DNA from: Candidatus Omnitrophota bacterium
GTDB lineage: Bacteria > Omnitrophota > Gorgyraeia > Gygaellales > Profunditerraquicolaceae
Assembly: GCA_026416665.1 (NCBI GenBank)
Contig: JAOAET010000051.1
Span: 75,800-139,799, forward strand
Length of the DNA stretch: 64,000 nucleotides
Direction: 5' to 3'
The translations under genes and the position numbers were made by a program. Shown here in pieces: positions 55,202 through 64,000 of the stretch. The stretch's first letter is position 1. The number at the start of each line of letters is the position of its first letter. The notes beneath the pieces are model-generated. The model was given only the letters and a program-made list of their open reading frames with translations. It ran no database searches and was not told the origin of the DNA.

Positions 55202-56344
55202 CTACTTCTGTGCAAAAACTTGCTGCGCAGCACTTACCCCGGCTCCTAATTGAAAGCTTTTATAACCCATTTCATAAAGAACTTTCTCAAGGCAGGCAAT
55301 AGCAGTGATAATATCAAATTCACCAATATAACCCATATGCGCAATACGAAAGAGCTTACCCTTCATCTCAGATTGACCACCTGCAATGGTAACTCCGTAG
55401 GTATCGCGCATTGTCTTAACTAATTTTTCTCCATCTATACCTACAGGAACTTTTACTGCGGTTACCACATCAGAATAAGCTTGAGGGCTAAAAAGTTCAA
55501 GCCCTAAAGCTTTTATCGCTTCTCTTGTTGCTTGGGCCATTTTACGGTGCCAGCTAAATACCTGTTCAAGCCCTTCTTTTTTTATTAGACGAATAGCCTC
55601 ATTTAAAGCAATAATTAAACCGATAGCCGGTGTCCAAGGTGTGTCGGTCTTATCGTATGCCTTTTTGGCTTCACCTAGATCAAAGTAGTACTTAGGAAGT
55701 TTTGAGTCCTTTTGTAACTTCCAGGCCTTAGCACTTACTGAGATAAAACCCAATCCAGGAGGAAGCATCAGCCCTTTTTGTGACCCAGAAACTACTACAT
55801 CACAATGCCATTCATCTGTTTTTAACTCAATGGCACCCAGACCACTGATAGCATCCACTACCAAAATAGCATCCGTATCTTTAACAATTTCACCAATAGA
55901 TTTAATATCTTCAGCCACACCTGTAGAAGTCTCACACAAGGTTGTAAAAACTGCTTTAATTTTTTTATTTTGCCTTAATTTTTCTGCAATGTCTTTAGGA
56001 TCTACGGTCTTGCCCCAAGCGACCTTGATAACTTCACAATTGACTCTGTAAGCAGAACAAATTTCTGTCCAACGCTCACCAAATTTCCCTGCTTCTACAG
56101 TAATAACAGTATCATCTGCTGATAAGAAATTAACCACAGCTGCCTCCATTGCCCCCGTTCCTGAAGAAGCTAAGATAAATACCTCGTTTTTAGTCTGAAA
56201 TACGTATTGTAAACCACTATGTGCTTCTTTTAGTATCTCTTGAAATTGTGGGGTGCGATGGTGGATAATTGGACGTGAAAGTGCTTCACATACTTCGGGT
56301 GGAAGTGGCGTTGGCCCAGGGGTTAAAAGATAATTTTTTTTCAT
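55202..56344 (-). CDS. Class V PLP aminotransferase (serine-pyruvate/phosphoserine aminotransferase-like)
   Basis: TPGPT, SGTGAMEA, ETSTG, DAIS, GSQKG, FRIAHMG. Confidence 0.9.
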   Translation of the reverse strand: MKKNYLLTPGPTPLPPEVCEALSRPIIHHRTPQFQEILKEAHSGLQYVFQTKNEVFILASSGTGAMEAAVVNFLSADDTVITVEAGKFGERWTEICSAYRVNCEVIKVAWGKTVDPKDIAEKLRQNKKIKAVFTTLCETSTGVAEDIKSIGEIVKDTDAILVVDAISGLGAIELKTDEWHCDVVVSGSQKGLMLPPGLGFISVSAKAWKLQKDSKLPKYYFDLGEAKKAYDKTDTPWTPAIGLIIALNEAIRLIKKEGLEQVFSWHRKMAQATREAIKALGLELFSPQAYSDVVTAVKVPVGIDGEKLVKTMRDTYGVTIAGGQSEMKGKLFRIAHMGYIGEFDIITAIACLEKVLYEMGYKSFQLGAGVSAAQQVFAQK

Positions 56345-56373
56345 TACTTCTCCTTTTTAACTCTAGGAAATAA

Positions 56374-56979
56374 TTAAATTTTCTTTCCAGTTAATACCTC
56401 ATCTACTAAACCGTATGTTTTCGCTTCCAACGAGGACATAAAAAAGTCACGGTCAGTATCTTTTTGTATTTTCTCTAATGGCTGTCCTGTATGATGGGCA
56501 AGGATTTCATTTATTTTATCACGCATCTTTAGGATCTCGGTTGCCTGACGGGAGATATCCTCTGCTGCTCCTTGCACTCCACCCCATGGTTGATGAATCA
56601 TTATGCGTGAGTTAGGTAGAGAAAACCGTTTACCTTTTGTCCCTGCACTTAGAAGAACTGCCCCCATACTTGCGGCCATTCCTACACAATAGGTAGCCAC
56701 GTCTGGTTTTACAAACTGTATTGTGTCATAAATAGCTAAACCCGCAGTAACTGAGCCTCCCGGAGAGTTTATGTAGATATTTATATCTTTGTGGGGATCT
56801 TCCATCTGTAGAAAAAGCATCTGGGCAATAACTAAATTTGCCACAGTATCGTCTATAGCTGTGCCAATAAAAATAATCCTATCTTTAAGCAAACGGGAAT
56901 AGATATCGTAAGCCCGTTCAAAACCCCGTGGGGTCTGCTCAATAACCATTGGAACCAGATGTTGATTGTAAGTAATCAT
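56374..56979 (-). CDS. clpP: ATP-dependent Clp protease proteolytic subunit
   Basis: DIYSRLL, YINSPGG, AASMG, MIHQP. Confidence 0.98.
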   Translation of the reverse strand: MITYNQHLVPMVIEQTPRGFERAYDIYSRLLKDRIIFIGTAIDDTVANLVIAQMLFLQMEDPHKDINIYINSPGGSVTAGLAIYDTIQFVKPDVATYCVGMAASMGAVLLSAGTKGKRFSLPNSRIMIHQPWGGVQGAAEDISRQATEILKMRDKINEILAHHTGQPLEKIQKDTDRDFFMSSLEAKTYGLVDEVLTGKKI

Positions 56980-57036
56980 GCTCTCCTCCCTAACTTAACC
57001 TACTCAATTTCTTAATTATTTTTTAACTTTCCCCTC

Positions 57037-57894
57037 TTAATTGTTTACGGGAATTATAGAAACAATGACCTGATGGGTATTTGCTGGGCTAGTTAATTTC
57101 AGGGCAGTATCATTTTTCCAATAAACTTCAATCTTTAACTGCTTAGGGAATTCTCCTTTAAAATGTTCTTTCACCAATAAAACACTTCCCGCCATAGTCG
57201 GGTCGTATACTTGAGTTACTTTCTCTTCTGTTCCATCAGGTATTGTCATCGTAATATAACCTAACTGTTTCTTTGCTTCTGCATCCAAAGGCTCTACTTC
57301 TCCTATTAATTCACCTATATCTTTTCCATTGACCTTTATTTTTGAAAAAACTGTTCCTCCTTTAAACAATTGTTTAGTAGTACCATGCCAACTGTCACAT
57401 AAACAAGGGAAAGGATAGTACAATCCATCTTTTTTCTTAACCTTTTCTTTACCATCTATAATACAGGTTGTATCATACTCATCGGGTCTTTGTCCTTCTA
57501 CACGAATAACCCAGTTAATTTGTACTTTTATTGCCTTGCGATTTTCTTTCTCTAGAGATACCTCAAAGGATAAATCATCTATCTTGACGAAATCTGTTTG
57601 AGCACCAGGTATAAAAGCTAAACTAATTCCTTCTTTTGTCTTCTCATCATAAACCTTAAGAAGTTTTTCTTTACAAGCAGTATGTCCTTTAGTAACAGAC
57701 TTAGGAATTGCTTCTGTAAATAAAGGATAACGCGCTGGACCAAGGGATATGTCTTGTTGACCGACTTTTTGTTCAAGTCTTGGCATATCCACAGCAGGCG
57801 AGGTAGCAACAGAAGGCTGGGCATAAAGGGAAGTTAAAAGACTGCTTGAAAAAAGAAATATTCCAATAAATAAAAATATTTTCAACTGTTTCAT
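57037..57894 (-). CDS. Secreted hypothetical protein
   Basis: Signal peptide ending LYA, SD GGGAGG, 285 aa, no recognised domain. Confidence 0.7.
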   Translation of the reverse strand: MKQLKIFLFIGIFLFSSSLLTSLYAQPSVATSPAVDMPRLEQKVGQQDISLGPARYPLFTEAIPKSVTKGHTACKEKLLKVYDEKTKEGISLAFIPGAQTDFVKIDDLSFEVSLEKENRKAIKVQINWVIRVEGQRPDEYDTTCIIDGKEKVKKKDGLYYPFPCLCDSWHGTTKQLFKGGTVFSKIKVNGKDIGELIGEVEPLDAEAKKQLGYITMTIPDGTEEKVTQVYDPTMAGSVLLVKEHFKGEFPKQLKIEVYWKNDTALKLTSPANTHQVIVSIIPVNN

Positions 57895-57960
57895 ATCGCC
57901 TCCCTAAAATCTTTTGTGGTTAATATGCTTTTTGAAGTATGAAGATTACCTCGAAAAACC

Positions 57961-58836
57961 CTATTCTATCTTCCACTGAGCATTTTTCCATAAGAATTCT
58001 AAACCCCGTTGGGTCAATTGCTCATCCATTGGTATTTTCTCACGTTTTGCTATTTCTGCAAGCACTAAATAAACCTTTACTTCATCTTGAACCTCAGGCA
58101 ACAGGCGTTTTTTGATTTCTTCTGTATTTTTCTCTATTTCCTCGGCATCTACTCCCTTTAAAGCTAAATCTAATTTTACTTGACGTAGTCTTTTCTGAAG
58201 GTGTTTATTGACTAATGACTGAGGAAGTGCCACTTTAACGGATTTGGTTAAAAAATCAAAAACTTGTTCCTGCAAATCCTCTCTTTGCTTATGTTCCTTT
58301 TGGGCAGCAAGCTGAATTTTTAAAGCCTCTTCTAGTTCAGCTAATGTTGGATAACCTAACGAACGTGCAAAATTATCATCTATTATCTCAGCTTTTCGCG
58401 ATTCCTTTAGAAAATCAATACTACGTTTAACTTCTTCTACTGTAACAGCTATTTTTTTATAAGTTAGCGGTATGCCTTTATAATTTTTTAATTCAATCTG
58501 TGGAGCAATCTCAACTTTCGCTCTAAAAGAAATGTGGTTGCGGTCAAGTTTAACATCCTTGACCTCAAGTAGTGTTACCACATGTAAATTATGCTGTTGA
58601 TATACCTGCTCAAGTATTTGAGGAATAAGCTCCTCTGCCACTTTTTCGTAGGCAAAGTTTGAGTATTCCTTCTCTACTAAATGCCGCGGGGCATGGCCAG
58701 GCCTAAAACCTTTTATCTTCGCCTGTGAACTTATCTTACCAAAAACCTCTTCAAATTTATCTTTAACTACTTCTTCGCTTGTTTCAACAACCAATTCAAT
58801 TGTCGTAGCATCAAGTTTTTTTATTTCCGAACGCAT
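57961..58836 (-). CDS. tig: Trigger factor lacking the FKBP PPIase domain
   Basis: Ribosome-binding GFRPGHAP; N-domain joined directly to DDNFA C-domain; 291 aa. Confidence 0.88.
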   Translation of the reverse strand: MRSEIKKLDATTIELVVETSEEVVKDKFEEVFGKISSQAKIKGFRPGHAPRHLVEKEYSNFAYEKVAEELIPQILEQVYQQHNLHVVTLLEVKDVKLDRNHISFRAKVEIAPQIELKNYKGIPLTYKKIAVTVEEVKRSIDFLKESRKAEIIDDNFARSLGYPTLAELEEALKIQLAAQKEHKQREDLQEQVFDFLTKSVKVALPQSLVNKHLQKRLRQVKLDLALKGVDAEEIEKNTEEIKKRLLPEVQDEVKVYLVLAEIAKREKIPMDEQLTQRGLEFLWKNAQWKIE

Positions 58837-58856
58837 CTGCTCCTCACTTTTTATAA

Positions 58857-59579
58857 CTACAAGGAAAATTTCTCACCTAGATAAATCTCCCTTGCTTTTG
58901 GGTTATTAATTAATTCCTCTGCACTTCCAGAAATAAGAATTTTTCCTTCGGCAATCAAATATGCCCTGTCAGTAATAGATAATGTCTCACGAACATTATG
59001 GTCAGTCAAAAGTACACCCAGTCCTTTGTTACGAAGGTCTTTAATGATTTCTTGCGCCTCACCTACAATAATTGGGTCAATACCTGAAAAAGGTTCATCC
59101 AGAAGAATAAAAGAAGGATTGGTAACCAGTGCCCGAGTAATTTCTAATCTCCGCCTTTCTCCTCCAGAAAGTGTATACGCCTTATTATTCGCCAAATGGG
59201 TAATCTTAAGCTCTTCTAATAAAGACTCAAGTCGTCTTCTACGTTCTCTACGTCCAATAGGTAGTGTCTCAAGAATCGCCATTATATTTTCACGTACAGT
59301 TAGTTTCCTAAAAATAGATGGTTCTTGAGATAAATATGCAATACCAAAACGAGCACGTTCATGTATGGGAAGCCTAGTGATATCGGTATTATCAAATATA
59401 ATTTTACCACTGGTAGGTGGGATAATTCCTACTATCATATAGAAAGTAGTAGTCTTTCCTGCACCATTGGGACCAAGCAGTCCAACAATCTCTTGGCGTT
59501 TTACTACCATATCTACCTTATCTACGACTAATCTTCCGTCATAGGTTTTGGAGAGACCTTTTATCTCAAGTAAATGCAT
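58857..59579 (-). CDS. lptB: LPS export ABC ATPase
   Basis: GPNGAGKTT, LSGGERRR, DEPFSGIDP, TDHNVRETL. Confidence 0.96.
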   Translation of the reverse strand: MHLLEIKGLSKTYDGRLVVDKVDMVVKRQEIVGLLGPNGAGKTTTFYMIVGIIPPTSGKIIFDNTDITRLPIHERARFGIAYLSQEPSIFRKLTVRENIMAILETLPIGRRERRRRLESLLEELKITHLANNKAYTLSGGERRRLEITRALVTNPSFILLDEPFSGIDPIIVGEAQEIIKDLRNKGLGVLLTDHNVRETLSITDRAYLIAEGKILISGSAEELINNPKAREIYLGEKFSL

Positions 59580-59580
59580 A

Positions 59581-60480
59581 TTATTCCTTTTCTGTTTCTA
59601 TAACAAGCTGCGGACTGCCCGAAAGAACCAGCTTTTTATCTTTTAACGTATAAATTGCCTCATTACTGAAAGAACAGTTCCCGTCCTTAGTAATACGCAC
59701 ATTCTGCCGCGCAATAATCTTTTCTACTTTAGAACTATTGATTCCTTCTGACTGTGGATGGTTTGGTAAGTTTTGCTTCCCTGAAAAAAATACTTCCAAG
59801 GTATCGCTTTCCATTACTGCTTCTGGTAATACGACTTTAACATTTTTAGTAAAAAGTGCACGGTTATGCAAAGTATCTATTTCTAAAGGCCCTTCACAGG
59901 TGATGCTAATAGTATTGGTTTTTTTTAAGGCAGAGTCAACATGTTGTATCTCTGGCTCTTTTGAACTGGTGTTTTCAGGGAATTCAACTTTTACATCTTT
60001 TTCTAAACTAACCAATCGCATATCCTGCTGTGCGCATATCCCCACCCCTTTTATATCTACATCATTTGCCCGAATATTGACTGGCTGTTTAGTCCAGACT
60101 ATTTTCTGCTGTCTATCCCAATCAAGTTGCTGTGTCTCCAAAGCAATTCCTGTGGAAGTCTTCACTACTACATTCTCCTTCAAAGAAATGTTACCCTGCG
60201 CCCGATCAAAATCACCTTTTTTAGCAGTCACTGCAACCGTTTGATTGGTGTCGTAAAGGATGCTTTCTACATCCGTCAGACTTACTTTAGTCCCATTAAT
60301 ATCTGCCTGTCTTCCCATTAAATCCCATTCTTTCTGTCCATCTTTGTTGTACCCAAATAAAGTGAAATTACTTATCTGTTGTTGTAACGAGTCTTCAGCA
60401 TCTGATGCAAAAAAAGGCAAAATCCATATTAGACTTATTAAAAAAAATATTTTAAAATTTAAAAACTTATTATAAGTCAT
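59581..60480 (-). CDS. LptC-like + LptA/OstA-like two-jellyroll protein
   Basis: N-terminal hydrophobic segment; LETQQLDWD (LptC-like); KIIARQNVRI..LVLSGSP (LptA-like); between kdsC and lptB. Confidence 0.75.
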   Translation of the reverse strand: MTYNKFLNFKIFFLISLIWILPFFASDAEDSLQQQISNFTLFGYNKDGQKEWDLMGRQADINGTKVSLTDVESILYDTNQTVAVTAKKGDFDRAQGNISLKENVVVKTSTGIALETQQLDWDRQQKIVWTKQPVNIRANDVDIKGVGICAQQDMRLVSLEKDVKVEFPENTSSKEPEIQHVDSALKKTNTISITCEGPLEIDTLHNRALFTKNVKVVLPEAVMESDTLEVFFSGKQNLPNHPQSEGINSSKVEKIIARQNVRITKDGNCSFSNEAIYTLKDKKLVLSGSPQLVIETEKE

Positions 60481-60997
60481 AAAGCTTAAGTATATCTGAC
60501 CACTTCTGTTGTGTTTTAAGAATAAGTTCTGCTACCTCTCTAACTGCCCCTCTACCTCCCTGATGCTCTGTTACATAGTGTGCAAGACTTTTTACTTCTG
60601 AACAGGCATTAGCCACTGCCACAGCAAATCCGACTCTTTTCATCAAACAAATATCTACTAAATCATCTCCTACAAAACAAAGTTCTTGGGTAGTTAAACG
60701 ATATCTACGTAACACCTTCTCTAATATTTTTGTCTTCGGTGAAACATCTGCAAACACCGCAGCTACCTGCATATCGCGTGCCCGCGGTCTAATTGCGCGT
60801 GAACCTTTGGCGGTAACTAAAATAGTCGGAATCCCTGCTTTTTTCAACGCATAAACTCCCATTCCATCATGAACATCAAAAAATTTCATATCTGTTCCGT
60901 GACAGTCGTAAATAATGCGCCCATCAGTTAATACACCATCTACATCGAGCAAAAGAAGACGTACCTTCTTAACACGATTAATCAAAACATCATCCAT
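60470..60997 (-). CDS. kdsC: Kdo-8-phosphate phosphatase
   Basis: DVDGVLTDG, GDDLVD, GGRGAVRE. Confidence 0.95.
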   Translation of the reverse strand: MDDVLINRVKKVRLLLLDVDGVLTDGRIIYDCHGTDMKFFDVHDGMGVYALKKAGIPTILVTAKGSRAIRPRARDMQVAAVFADVSPKTKILEKVLRRYRLTTQELCFVGDDLVDICLMKRVGFAVAVANACSEVKSLAHYVTEHQGGRGAVREVAELILKTQQKWSDILKLYDL

Positions 60998-60999
60998 GG

Positions 61000-61968
61000 T
61001 TATATAACCCCTGCACGTAAGATGTCCTGCACGTCTAATAACCCAACGGGTCTATTTCGTTTATCTACTACCGGAACTTCATCAATCTTTTTCTCTTCCA
61101 GAATCCTTAATGCCTCACAGGCAAGACGGTCATAGCGAATAACAAAGGGATTCCTAGTCATTACCTCTTTAATCTTGCGCTGTGGTAACTGTGAATCTAT
61201 CTCAAGGTGTCTGCGTAAATCTCCGTCAGTAAATATCCCAACTAATCTGCCATATCTGTCAACCACACTGGCAGCGCCAGCGCGTGCCTGCGTAATTTTA
61301 ACTAAAACATCCGCCACAGGCATTTCCATATTCACCACAGGATTATGTTTACCTGTACGCATAATATCTGAGACTTTTAATAAAAGTCTTTTGCCTAATG
61401 CACCACCGGGATGAAAAAAAGCGAAATCCTTTTCTTTGAACCCCTTTCTCTCCAATAAACATACTGCCAGGGCATCGCACATTGCCAAACAAGCAGTAGT
61501 AGAGGCAGTTGGTGCTAAATTAAAAGGACAGGCCTCTTTTTTTACCGAAACATTTAAAACTACATCACTGTATTTTGCCAAATCAGACTTCAAATTGCCA
61601 GTTAATGCAACAATCTTTGCACCGATTTTCTTAAGAAAAGGTAAGAGTTGTCTTACCTCTTGGGTTGAGCCACTATTAGAAAGAATCACTACTACATCAT
61701 CAGAGGTAACCTTACCTAAATCTCCATGTGCTGCCTCTGCAAGATGCAGAAATAAACTGGGTGTTCCTGTTGAAGCTAAGGTTGCGGAAAACTTTTGGGC
61801 AATAATACCGGTCTTTCCCATTCCACTAACTACTACTCTGCCCCTACAAGACACCATCAAATCTAATGCCTTGCAGAATTCTTCTTTCAGCCGTTTCTTA
61901 AGAGCAAGTATTGCCTGCGCTTCAATATTTAAAACTTCTTTTGCACGCTCTATCTGATTCTTCTTCAT
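61000..61968 (-). CDS. kdsD: Arabinose-5-phosphate isomerase
   Basis: GMGKTG, HGDLG, APTASTT, HPGG, CBS pair; ATGA overlap with kdsA. Confidence 0.95.
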   Translation of the reverse strand: MKKNQIERAKEVLNIEAQAILALKKRLKEEFCKALDLMVSCRGRVVVSGMGKTGIIAQKFSATLASTGTPSLFLHLAEAAHGDLGKVTSDDVVVILSNSGSTQEVRQLLPFLKKIGAKIVALTGNLKSDLAKYSDVVLNVSVKKEACPFNLAPTASTTACLAMCDALAVCLLERKGFKEKDFAFFHPGGALGKRLLLKVSDIMRTGKHNPVVNMEMPVADVLVKITQARAGAASVVDRYGRLVGIFTDGDLRRHLEIDSQLPQRKIKEVMTRNPFVIRYDRLACEALRILEEKKIDEVPVVDKRNRPVGLLDVQDILRAGVI

Positions 61969-62780
61969 AGACATTGTTTAATTTTTTTCACCTGGCGTAA
62001 AATTATTTCAAGCTGTTTAGGTTCAATCATATTTGGGCCATCACAGAGTGCCTTATTCGGCTGGCTATGTACCTCAAGAAATAACCCCTGGCAACCATAA
62101 GCTACGGCTGCGCGACAAAGCGGTAAGACAAATTGCCTCTGCCCACCGGAACAACTACCTTTACCACCGGGCAGTTGAACACTATGAGTTGCATCAAAGA
62201 TAACAGGGTAACCAAATTGTGCTAAAATACCCAGACTCCTAAAATCCACAACCAGGTTATTATAGCCAAAACAAAACCCCCGTTCAGTTAAAAGTATTTG
62301 CCTGTTTGCGGTTACTTCAACCTTTTTAATAATACCTGCCATATCCCAAGGCGCAAGAAATTGAGCTTTTTTAATATTTATTACTTTACCTGTTTTTGCC
62401 GCCTCAACCACTAAATCTGTTTGCCGGCATAAAAAAGCCGGAATCTGAATAACATCCAGAATATTTTCTACCTGCTTAATTTCTTCTTTACAATGCACAT
62501 CACTTAAAATAGGAACTCCGTATTTTTGTTTTACTTTAGCTAAAATTTCTATCCCTTTTTTTAATCCTGGTCCTCGGAAACTATCTAAAGACAAACGATT
62601 TGCCTTATCATAACTTGCTTTAAAAATAAAAGGAAAACCTACATTCTCGCATACAGCTTTGATACGTCTTACCATAGAAAGACAAAAGGTCTCTGACTCA
62701 ATTACGCAAGGTCCAGCAATTATAACCAGTTCCTTAGGTCTACCTATCACAATTTTCCCAATTTGAACCTGTTGCATCAT
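61965..62780 (-). CDS. kdsA: Kdo-8-phosphate synthase
   Basis: AGPCVIES, DKANR, QIPAFLCRQTD, DATHS. Confidence 0.96.
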   Translation of the reverse strand: MMQQVQIGKIVIGRPKELVIIAGPCVIESETFCLSMVRRIKAVCENVGFPFIFKASYDKANRLSLDSFRGPGLKKGIEILAKVKQKYGVPILSDVHCKEEIKQVENILDVIQIPAFLCRQTDLVVEAAKTGKVINIKKAQFLAPWDMAGIIKKVEVTANRQILLTERGFCFGYNNLVVDFRSLGILAQFGYPVIFDATHSVQLPGGKGSCSGGQRQFVLPLCRAAVAYGCQGLFLEVHSQPNKALCDGPNMIEPKQLEIILRQVKKIKQCL

Positions 62781-63541
62781 GGCTGCTGATTCTGCTTTAG
62801 ATATTTTATAACCTTTTCTATATCTTCGGGTTTATCCACCCCTATTGTATCATATTTCGTCTCTATCACCTTTATTCTATAACCATTCTCTAAGATGCGC
62901 AGTTGTTCTAACTTTTCAACTCGTTCAAGGTACGAAGGCTTCATGTTCTTATAAGTAAAAAGAAAATCTTTAGTATATGCGTAAAGACCAATGTGTTTAA
63001 AATAAAAAAGATTTTTCTCTTCAGAATTATATGCAAGGGCAGGAATAGCTAAACGAGAGAAATAAAGTGCGAAACCATTTATATCCACTATTACCTTCAC
63101 AACATTAGGATCGTTTATTTGGTCGGGTTCGGTAATCCGTTTCATAACAGTAGCACAAACTACGTCAGGATTATTAAGTATTGCGCCTGCTACCGTGTCA
63201 ATCATTGTCGGATGAATAAGAGGCTCATCTGCCTGAATATTTACGACTACCTTTACATCTAAAGGGTTAACTACTTCAGCTATCCTATCTGTTCCAGAGG
63301 CATGTGCCTTGGCTGTCATTACTACCTCTGCTCCAAATGACTCAGCAACTTCTCTTATCCTTTCATCGTCGCAGGCAATAATTAATTTCTCCAAGAGTTT
63401 ACACTGGGAAGCTCTCTGCCAGACCCATTGAATCATTGGTTTGCCTAAAATATCTGCTAAGACCTTACCTTCAAAACGGCTTGAGCCATAACGAGCAGGA
63501 ATAACCCCTATTACTTTCAGACTTTCATTTATCTTTCTCAT
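62777..63541 (-). CDS. kdsB: CMP-Kdo synthetase
   Basis: IPARYGSSRF..K, SGTDR, LYFSR, EKLEQLR. Confidence 0.96.
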   Translation of the reverse strand: MRKINESLKVIGVIPARYGSSRFEGKVLADILGKPMIQWVWQRASQCKLLEKLIIACDDERIREVAESFGAEVVMTAKAHASGTDRIAEVVNPLDVKVVVNIQADEPLIHPTMIDTVAGAILNNPDVVCATVMKRITEPDQINDPNVVKVIVDINGFALYFSRLAIPALAYNSEEKNLFYFKHIGLYAYTKDFLFTYKNMKPSYLERVEKLEQLRILENGYRIKVIETKYDTIGVDKPEDIEKVIKYLKQNQQP

Positions 63542-64000
63542 AGAACGACTTAATTTTTTCTTCTAATTCTTTCGGATTAGTAGAGGCAGTACCTACTTTA
63601 CCTACTACAATTCCAGCAGCAAAGTTGGCTAAATGGGCAGCCTCTGAAGGGCTACTGCCTATACATAAGGCAAGAGTAAAAGTAGCAATAACAGTATCTC
63701 CAGCACCTGAGACATCAAAGACTTCTTGAGCAACAGTAGGTATATGCTTATCTTCTTTCTGTGTAAATAACCACATCCCGTCTTCTCCAAGAGTAATCAA
63801 GAGATTATCTAATTTCAGGTGCTTCAGAATAGCATACCCTGCCTTTCTGATATCTTCCTCAGTTGTTAGTTTATCGTGGTAGATTTTGAATTCATTGCGT
63901 TCATCTCTCATCTTTAGTGAACGAATAGCATTCTGTGCTTCTTTGCGATTGGGAGTAATAGCAGTAACTTGTTGATAAAATTCAAAGTGTTCCTCTTTGG
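63525..64000 (-). CDS. rfaE: D-glycero-beta-D-manno-heptose-7-phosphate kinase (PfkB family), 5'-truncated by window edge
   Basis: Frame stays open to window end: ITPNRKEA, DVSGAGDTV, AAGIVVGKVGT. Confidence 0.88.
   Translation of the reverse strand, partial: KEEHFEFYQQVTAITPNRKEAQNAIRSLKMRDERNEFKIYHDKLTTEEDIRKAGYAILKHLKLDNLLITLGEDGMWLFTQKEDKHIPTVAQEVFDVSGAGDTVIATFTLALCIGSSPSEAAHLANFAAGIVVGKVGTASTNPKELEEKIKSFYEKDK

Overview
AT-rich bacterial chromosomal segment with about 67 genes, 64 of them on the minus strand. I see no rRNA, tRNA, CRISPR array, transposase or integrase. Gene content (Kdo/heptose/Lpt LPS genes, MEP pathway, acetyl-CoA synthase, MetF, FolD, GH57) indicates an anaerobic diderm; it resembles Candidatus Omnitrophota (OP3), which is inference only. 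From left to right: a MoxR/DUF58/vWA (Bat-type) operon abutting a heat-shock cluster (MerR/HspR-like regulator, CIRCE, three Hsp20, groES-groEL); a plus-strand nucleoside phosphorylase + SPL-like radical SAM pair; TPR + AsmA-like genes; a metF-degenerate flavoprotein-acsB operon; then housekeeping blocks (greA, rlmD, folD, rnhB, rplS, trmD, tgt, queA, ruvB, scpA, trpS, infB, nusA, proS, ispG, dxr, uppS), a DUF4912/GH57 cluster, purA, a probable Re-citrate synthase, a secreted pseudo-phosphoesterase/thiol-reductase fusion, serA, clpP, tig, lptB/lptC-A, kdsCDAB and rfaE. Best novelty candidates: the metF-flavoprotein-acsB operon, the UshA-like/GILT-like fusion, the phosphorylase + SPL-like pair, and the chaperone-MoxR supercluster with a TPR-parvulin. 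All calls come from motif reading; no database searches were run.
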